Below, in pieces: positions 55,180 through 64,000 of a stretch of DNA of 64,000 nt (within the stretch, counting starts at the first letter, position 1; each line of letters starts with the position of its first letter). The DNA lies in the NCBI RefSeq assembly GCF_009914755.1, contig NC_060929.1; one strand, given 5' to 3'. The notes below the pieces were generated by a model. It was not told the origin of the DNA, made no database searches, and saw only the letters and a program-made list of their open reading frames with translations. A program made the translations under genes and the position numbers. The DNA is from the human T2T-CHM13v2.0 reference genome, Homo sapiens.

Positions 55180-57610
55180 ATTTTTGCAACTTTTTATTTC
55201 TATATATAAAGTTATTGAAAAGTTGCAATAATATTGAGAATTCCCATATGTATGTTTCTCACTTGTTTACTTTTTGCCCCAGTTGCAGTCACTTGTTCTC
55301 ATTCTCTTTCTACCCCTCAACCATTTGTTAGTTGTAGATATTATGTCTCTTTACCTCTAAAGATTTCTAATTGCATTTGTTAAACACTGATATTTTCTTA
55401 CACAACAGCACAATAATCAAGATCAGAAAATTTTACGTTGTTAAAACAATATGGTCCTACTGAAAGCCCATGTACAAATTTTATCAAATATCTCAAAATG
55501 GCTAAATTCCATCTCCTGCTCCCAGTCCAGGATCCAGCCTAAGATCCCACATTGCACTTATGTGTCATATCTCTTCAGTTTAATCTGAAAATGACTCTCT
55601 TTTCTTACTTGATATTAACATTTTTAAAGAGTACAAAATAGTTATTTTGTGGAATGTCTCTTAATTTGGGTTATTCTGATTTGTTTTTGTGATGGATAGA
55701 CCCGGGTTACGCATTTGTGTCAGATGTATCACAAAATTGATATAGACTTTTTAGTGAATATCAGGAGGCCCATGAGTTTGTTTTATACCTATATTGCTCA
55801 TATTAACTTTGATTACTTAAGGTGGAGACTGCTATTCTTCTCCACTGTAATGTGGCTATTTTTCACTTGCAACTAATCAGTAGTCTGGAGGAGTTTAATA
55901 TGTAGATATTCAACTATCAGTCAAACGTTTACTGACTAGTTTTAGCATCCATTGATGATTCCCTAATTCAGTGATTCCTTCTTTGTCATTTGACATTTTT
56001 CTGTAAGAAATTGTCCTACTTGCTTGTTAATTTATATTAGAATGGAATAATGGATTCTTAATTTACACTATGGGTTATAATGTAATATTATAATTATGTA
56101 TTTTGGATAATAGTCAAATTCATACAGATTTGGGAATTAGGAACCCCTTCAATTTGACTTTTTATGTATTACTATAATTCTTCAAAAATATTATTACTTT
56201 CTGGCAAATATGTTATAGGCTTATTTTGCATTTTCCTTGCCCAAGATCTGGAATCAGTCTTCTCTAAGAAAGTCTAGCTCCTTTCAAATGAAAAATAGTA
56301 TTTAGTAACCAAGCTTCTGAGTGCTAAATGTATTCATTGCTACTGGTAATTTATTGCTTCTAGGCAGAGTGAAAATATATATATACACAAGATATTAAGG
56401 TATATATACATATACACACTGTATTTATTTCTTTATTTGTATTTGTTTCTTTGTTTTACCTATATATTAAAAGCCATGAGTTAATACTGATGGTTCTCTT
56501 TCAAAATCAACAACACAATATACTCTTTGGACATTCCCTTTTCCATATTTGTAATTTATTTCCCCAACAGTGAAAAATATGGCTCCCACTATTCCCAAAA
56601 TTTATATTCATTTGCTCAACTCTAGAATATAGACAGAATAGTTTCAAAATTGCCAACTTATAATATCAAGAAAAGCAAACCTAGTAACTAAAATTCAATA
56701 TCTGCTTAAAGTTATTTTTTGGTAAATTTTAGATACATTAAGAATGCACCGATCTAAAATGTGAAATTTAATGAGTTTGATAGATGTTTGTACAACTCTG
56801 TCAAGATATAAATTTCCATCACTATGGAAATTCTCATGTGTCCCTAACACTCAATGTCTACTCACTCTGGGGCGACTATTTGTTTCACATTAGTTTTGAC
56901 TTTTCTATATCTTTACATAAATGGAATCATCAAGTGTATATTCTCATGTCCAACTTCTTTTCCTCAGCTTGTCTATGAGATTCAACTATATTGTCGTATA
57001 TGTAAGAATTGTATTCCTTTTTGCTGCTGAGCAATATTCTAAAATATAATTATATTACAATCAAATACATTTATTCATTTTTCTCTTGATGAATATTTCA
57101 GTTGTTTTTAGTTTTTGCTTCTGAGTATTGCTGTGTGTATTTTGTACAAGGCTTTGTGTGTTTTCATTTCTCTTGCACAAATACCTAGGATTAGAATTTC
57201 CGGGTAATGAATAAGGTATATGCTGAATTTTTTAAGCAGTTTTTCAAAATTCTTTTATTGTATACATTCCCATAGTACATTATGAGAGTTCTTGGTGTTT
57301 CCCATTCTGGTAAACACTTGGGTTGTTAGTGTTCTGTTTTTGTTTTTTTAAACGCAGCTCAACCATTATAGTGGGTGTGTCATGATATTTTCTCTGGTTT
57401 TAATTTAAATTTTCTTAATGACTAATGATGTTAAGCATGTTTCAATACGTTTATTTACTTTTATTTTTATTTCCTTGTGAAATGTCAAGTATTTGTTCAT
57501 TTTATATTGAATTATTTATGTCAGTTATACTGAGTTGTAGAATTATTTAATGTACTATGGATACAAATTATTTGTTAGATAAATATTTGCTACATTTTCT
57601 CCCAGATGAT
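55180..57610 (-). mobile_element. Old L1MD/L1ME-type 3' region
   Basis: AAAGTTGCAATAAT, TTGTAGATATTATGTCTCTTTACCTCTAAA, CATTTTCCTTGCCCAAGATCTGGAATCAG, AATGACTAATGATGTTAAGCA. Confidence 0.75.
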
Positions 57611-58920
57611 AATTACTTATCCCTCTTAATTTTATTTCATTTTAGATTCAGGGGGTGCATGTACTTGTTTGTAACTTGAGAATTACATGTGTAATGGTGG
57701 GGGTTGTGTTTCTAGTGTACCCATCACCCAGTCCTATGCATGTTGCTGCCAAGGACATGATTTGATTCTTTTTATGGTTGCATAGTATTCCATGGTGCAT
57801 ATATATATGTATATATACCACATTCTCTTTATTTAATCATGTGTTGATGGACACTTAGGTTGGTTCTAGGACTTTACTATTGTAAATAACACTATTAATA
57901 AACATAAGAGTGTAGATATCATTTTAATTTAATGATTTCCTTTCCTTTTGGTAGATATCCAGCAGTGGGATTGCAGGGTGGAATGGTAGTTCTATTTTTA
58001 GTTCTTTGAGAAATCTCCATATTGTTTCCTATAGATGCTGAATTAATTTACTTTCCAGCTAACAGTGTATGAGCATTCCTTTTTCTCTGTATCTACATCA
58101 ATATCTGTGGGGTTTTTTACTTTTTAAATAAAAGCCATTCTGCTGGTGAAATGTGATATCTCAGTGTGGTTTTAATTTGCTTTTCTTTGGTGATTACTGA
58201 TGTTGAGAGTTTTTTCATCTTTGTTGGTTGCTTGTATTTCTTTTTTTGAGAAATATCTGTTTATGGCCTTTCCCCAATTTCTAATGGAATTGTTTTTTTC
58301 TTGTTGTTTGAGTTCCTTACAGATTCTGGATATTAATCCTTTGCCAGAGGTATCATTTGCAAATGTTTTCTCCCATTTTGTAGGCTGTTTATTCTGTTGA
58401 TTATGTATTTTGCTGTGCAGAAGCATTTTAGTTAAATTAACTTCTGATTGTGTATTTTTGTTTTTATTCCACTTGCTGGTGAAGTCTTCCTCATAAATTG
58501 TTTGACTACACCGATATCCAGAGGAGTTTTTCCTAGGTTCTCCTCTTGTAATTTTATAGTTTCTAGTCTTACATATGGATATTTAATCCATCAGTTAGTT
58601 TTTGTTTATGGTGAGAGATAGAGGTCCAGTTTCATTCTTTGGCATATGGCTAGCCAGTTTTCCTAGCACAATTTATTGAATAGAGTATCCTTTCTTCATT
58701 GTTTATTTAAGTCAAGTTTATTAAAGATGAGTTGGTTATAAGTATGTAGTTTTATTTCTGGGTGCTCTTTCCTCTTCTATTGCTCTATGTGTCTATTTTT
58801 GTCAGTAGCATGCTGCTTTAGTTACTATAGCTTTGTACTGTAATTTGAAGAAAGGAAATGAAATATGATGCTTCCAGATTTGTTATTTTCACTTAGGAAT
58901 GATTTGGCTATTGGAATTGC

Positions 58921-59225
58921 TTTTGTTTGTTTGTTTGTTTGAGATGGAGTCTGGCTCTGTCACCAAGGCTGGAGTGCAGTGGGGCACAATATTGGCTCTC
59001 TGCAACCTCTTGCTTCCCAGGTTCAAGAGATTCTCCTGCCTCAGCCTCCCGAGTAGCTGAGATCACAGGTGCCTGCCACCATGCCTGGCTCATTTTTGCA
59101 TTATTAGTAGAGATGGGTTTTTACTATGTTGACCAGGCTGGTCTCGAACTCCTGACCTCAGTTGATCCGCATGCCTCAGCCTCCCAAAGTGCTTAGATTA
59201 CAGGTGTGAGCCATTGAGCCCAGCT
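58921..59225 (-). mobile_element. AluSx-like inserted in the L1
   Basis: Alu dimer with (TTTG)n tail. Confidence 0.9.
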
Positions 59226-61283
59226 TGGTCTTTTTTTGTTGTTGTTGTTGTTTTTTGTTTTTGGTTGAACTTTAGGATTGTTTTTACTAATTCTGTGAAA
59301 AATGACATTGGAAATGTGATAGTAATTGTGTCGAATCTGTCAATTGCTTTGGGTAATAAGGTCATTTTAACAATATTCATTTTACCAATTCATGAGAATG
59401 GAATGTTTTTCCATTTGCTTGTGTCATCTATGGCTTCATTCAGCAGTGTTTGTAGTTGTTGTAGATATCTTTCACTTTCTTGGCTAAATGTATTCTTAGG
59501 TGTTTTATTTTTTTGAGTGGCTGTTGTAAATGGGATTGGTCTCTGAATTTGGTTCTCAGCTTCAACGTTACTGATGTACAGAAATGTTACTGATTTTTCT
59601 ATGTTGATTTGGTATACTGAGACTTTACTGAAGGGGCTTATCAAGTCTAAGTGTCTAAATATATGATCATGTCTTCAGTGAACAGAGTCAATTTAACTTC
59701 CTCTTTTCCAATTAGGATGCACTTTATTTCCCTCCCTCACCTGATTAGGACTTCCAGGACTATGTTGAATAAGAATCGTGAGAGTGGACATCCTTGTCTT
59801 ATTCCAGTTCTTAGGGGGAATGTTTTCAAATTTTCCCCATTTGCTATGCTGTTTCCTGTGGGCTTGTCACATATGGCTCTTATTTTGCTGAGGTATTTCT
59901 GTCTATGTTTAGTTCATTGGGGTTTTTATCATGAATTGTTGAATTTTTTCAAATGTTTTCCTGCATCTATTGAGATGATCATATGACTTTTTAGTTCTGT
60001 TTATGTGATAGATGATCTTTATTGATTTGTATATGTTGAACCATCCTTGCATCTCTGGAATAAAACCCATTTGATTGTGATGAATTATCTTTGTGATGCA
60101 TTGTTGGATCCGTTCCCCAGTATAGTGTTGAGGGTTTTTGCATCTATATTCATCGGGGATATTGGCTTGTAGTTTTCAATTATTGTTGTGTCCTTGCCTG
60201 ATTTTGGTATCAGTATGATACTGGACTTGTAGAATTAGTTAGGGATAAATCCCATCTCAATTTTTTGGAATACTTTTAGTAATATTGTTACCAGTTCTTT
60301 GTACATCTGATAAAATTTGGCTGTGAATCCATCTATCCTGGGCATTTTCTGCTGGTGAAAGGTTTTTATTACTAATTAAATTTCATTACTCATTATTGGT
60401 CTGTTCATGGTTTTGATTTATTTTTGTTCCATTCTTGGGAGGTTGTATGTTTCCAGGAATTTGTCCATTTCTTCAAGGTTTTCTGATTTGTGAGTGTAAA
60501 GGTGTTTATAGTAGTCTCTGATGATCTTTTCTGTTTCTCTGTTATCAGTTGTCATGTCACCTTTATCATCTCTGATTGTTTGTTTGAATCTTCTTTTTTT
60601 CTTAGCCTAGCTAGTGGGCTGTCAATTTTATTTATCCTTTTAAGGAACCATTTTTTTAAATTCATACTTTGTATGATTCTTTTCATCTTAATCTAATTAA
60701 GTTTTGTTCTGGTCTTCATTACTTATTTTCTTCTGCTATCTTTGGGTCTAGTTTATTGTTTTTTTAGTCCCTTTAGGTGCAACTTTAGGTTTGCTTAACT
60801 TGAGAGCTTTCTACCTTTTTTATCTAGGGCATTTTATCCCATAAACTTTCCTGTTCAGACTGCTTTTGCTGTACCCGGAGGTTTTGGTGTGTTGTGTCTC
60901 TATCTTCATTCGTTTCAAAGAACTTTTTAATTTTTGCTTGAATTTCATTGTTTACTCACAAGTTGTCCCAGAGCAAGTTGTTTAGTTTCCATGCCCTTGT
61001 GTAGTTTTGAGTGTTCTCTTTGTATTGATTTCTAATTTTATTCCACTGTGGCCTGAGAAAATACTAGATATAATTTTTGTTGTTGTTGTTGTTGTTTTTT
61101 TGCTTTATTGCGACTTGCCTTATGGCCAAACAAATGGTCAATTTTGGAGAATGTTCCTTGAGCAGATGAGAATGTATATTGTGCAGTTTTGGGCACGATA
61201 CTCTGTAAATGTCTATCAGTTACATTTGGCCTAGACAACAGTTTAAATATAGAATTTTTCTGTTGGTTTCCTGCCTTGATGAT

Positions 61284-61474
61284 TGCATTGGTTTGTTTTC
61301 ACACTGTTGATAAAGATATATCCAAGACTGGATAATTTATTAAGAAAAAGAGGTGTAAGGGACTCACAGTTCCATGTGGCTGGGGAGGCCTCACAAACAT
61401 GGCAGAAGGTGTGGGAATTATGGGAGCTATAATTTAAGACGAAATTTGGGTGGGGACACAGCCAAACCATGTCA
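61284..61474 (-). mobile_element. THE1 (B/C-like) solo LTR with internal deletion, inserted in the L1
   Basis: GACTCACAGTTCCATGTGGCTGGGGAGGCCTCAC joined to TGTGGGAATTATGGGAGCTA...GGGGACACAGCCAAACCATGTCA; TSD ATGAT/GTGAT. Confidence 0.9.
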
Positions 61475-64000
61475 GTGATCTATAGTCATGTCAGTGGGGG
61501 TACCGAAGTCCCCCATTGTCATTGTATTCCTGTCTGTTTTCTTAGGTCTAGTAGTATTCGTTTCATGAATCTGGGTGTTCCAGTAGTGGGTGCATATATA
61601 TTTAGGATAGTTAAATCTTATTTTATGGAATCTTTTATCACTATGTAGTGCCCTTGTCTTTTATTATGCTTGTTTATTTAAAGTCTGTTTTATCTGATAT
61701 GAGAATGGCTACTCCTGCTCACTTTTGTTTTTCATTTGTGTGGTATGTATTTTTCTACTCTTTTACTTTGAGTCTGAATGTGTTTTTACCCAGTAGGTAG
61801 GTCTCTTGTAGACAGCAAGTGGTTGGGTTTTGTTTTGTTTTTATTCAGTTTACCACTCTGTAACTTTTAATTGGGGCATTTAGGCCATTTACATTCAAGG
61901 TTAATATTAACATGTGAGGTTTTGTGCCTGACATAATGTTCTTATTGAGTAGTTTTTTTATTTTCCATTATTTAGCTGCTTTATAGGATCTGTGAGCTTT
62001 GTACTTATTTTTTCTTTTCTGATGGTAAGTATTGTCCTTTCATTTCCATGTTTAGAAATCCACTGAGAATTTCTTGTAGGAGCAGTGTAGTGGGAAAACA
62101 TTCTCTTTTGTCTTGGAAAGACCTTATTTTTCCTTTATTTATGAAGCTTAATTTGGCAGGATATAAAATTCTTGGCTGGCACCTGTTTTCTTTAAGAAGG
62201 GTAAAAATAGGCCCCTTCTTTGGGGTTGTATTGCTTCTGTTGAGAAGTCTATTGTTAATCTGATTGGTTCTCTGATTTGACCCTTTGCTCTAGCTGCCTT
62301 TAATATTTTGTTTTTAAAGCATTGACTTTGGATAGTCTGAAGGCTATACGCCTTAATGATGTTTGTCTTGCATACTGTCTCACAGATGTTCTCTCCATTT
62401 CTTGTGTCTGGATGTCTACATCTCTAGCAAGATTAGGGAAATTTTCTTGAATTATTATCTCAAATATGTTTTTCATGTTGCTTATTTCTTCTTCTTCCTC
62501 TCTCAGGACTTTCAATAATTCATAGATGTAGTTGTAGTCACTTTACGTAATACTTTGTTTCTCTAAGGCTTTGTTCATGTTAAAATTCTTCTTTCCTTAT
62601 TTCTGTCTGATTGGGTTAGTTCAAAAGACATGTCTTTAAGCTCTGAAACTTTCTTCTTGGTCTAGTCTACTGTTAAAGCCTTCAATTGCATTTTTAAATT
62701 CTTAAGTAAATTTATTTTATTTCCAGAATTTCTGTCTGATTATTTGAAATTTATCTTTTTCATTTCCTGAATCGCTTCAGTATTTTTTCATTGTTAATTT
62801 TCAATCTTTTCTTGGCTCTTGTTGAGTTTCCTTGCAATCCATACTTTGACTTCTTTATCTTTTATTTCTGAGTTTCCATTTTGGTAAGAGTCCATTGCTA
62901 GAAAGCTAGTGTGATCCCTTGGTGGTGCCACAACATTCAGATTTTTCATGGTGCTGGAATTCTTGCACTGATTTTTTCTCAGAGGCTGTAACTTCTACTT
63001 TTTGAAATTATTTTCATTTGAATATGATTTTGTTTTCTTTTGCTATTTTTTTCTTTCCCTTTTCTCACCCTCTACAGGGAATGGAATTGTAGAATATGTT
63101 GGATAGAGTCTTTTTGGCTTAGCTTCTATAGCTGTGTACACTTCTGTCAGCACATTTTATATTGAGCTGTGTGGTTTAACCTGCAAGCCAGTAGGTGGTG
63201 CTGATGGGGAAGAGCCAGTTGCAGCAAAAGCAGATGAGTATATACTTAATCTTTGTTTACTATGAGGTACTCTCTCTTGTTTCAGGTGATGGTCTGGACA
63301 GTAGAGTGCCCTGTGTGCAGAGCTTCCTGTTCAGCTTGGGTGGGTGAACCCAATTTGGTAGAACTGGACACCCTGGGTTGCCCATGAATGACTCAGTGAT
63401 GAGCACAGGCAAAAGTCCCGATACGGGTGGTTGTGGGGAGCTCCTGGTGAAATGTGAAATGCACTGTGGTCTCTGTTGGGGGGGTGAGGGGTCTACATCA
63501 GCTCCACATCCTAGAGGCAGGAACATGATCTATTTCCCTTTTCTATCCATGTGTTGAGGCTCAGGACATTCGGTTCAGATCCACACTATGCTCTATCTCC
63601 AGGTCACGGTGTGACTGAGATCCATGGAAAATGCCTGTCTTGCAACTCTCCATGATTGTAGTTTGTGAGGCAGAACATAGTCACTCAGCGCAGTACAGAC
63701 AGCTTTATGTTTTGTCTGTTCTCTAAGGCAGTAAACACTGCGGCTCCGTGTGGGGGGCGGAGGTGAGCACTGCCTTTCGGTCAATGTAGGGGTGGCAGCT
63801 GCATTGGGTTCCTGTCACTGAAGCCAGCAAACCTCTTTTGGTAAGGAGAAGCCAAGGCAGGGTGTCGTGGGTCACCTAGTCTGCCCCCTACTCCTCTACA
63901 CCTCAGCTGTGGTATCTGTGCTGGAGGCACGTGATATTGCCCAGCCTCCCCCAACCCTCCCTGGTCCAGGAACTACAGGGGCAGAAGCAGCATGTAGAGT

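Larger units (their letters stand above)
57625..64000 (-). mobile_element. Near full-length old primate L1 (L1PA16/17 or L1PB-like): 3'UTR, ORF2, ORF1 and 5'UTR running off the window end
   Basis: TTTAGATTCAGGGGGTGCATG 3' end; ORF2p pieces (58172-58426, 59390-59644, SAQGTFSKIDH at 61038-61238); ORF1p NIFEIIIQENFPNLAR (62300-62515); GC-richer 5'UTR after ~63150. Confidence 0.92.

Noticed and set aside
54997-55209. ORF with a reverse-transcriptase-like motif
   Set aside because: Decayed L2 ORF2 fragment; the conserved Asp of LDLS is lost and the flanking frame is disrupted.

Overview
AT-rich, CpG-poor primate (most likely human) nuclear DNA, judged from its Alu, L1PA/L1MA, MER51, THE1 and Tigger content. 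I cannot assign a chromosome or gene. I see no credible protein-coding exon, RNA gene, CpG island or CRISPR/prokaryotic system; the supplied ORFs are chance ORFs or decayed Alu/L1/L2/Tigger frames. Roughly half the window is transposon fossils. Subfamily calls come from recalled consensus sequences and are approximate. The notable structure is in DNA architecture: (1) a PATRR-like inverted repeat at 1-740, with 67 bp of perfect arm identity around a nested-palindromic AT core; (2) a 172-bp templated copy of downstream DNA inserted inside an AluJ; (3) a TSD-flanked L1MA2-like element whose 5'UTR is fused directly to the end of ORF2; (4) two old L1s with twin-priming 5' inversions; (5) an AluSc with weak-to-strong substitutions; (6) a nested micro-hairpin cluster and several tandem duplications. 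I found no evidence of a novel gene-encoded system.
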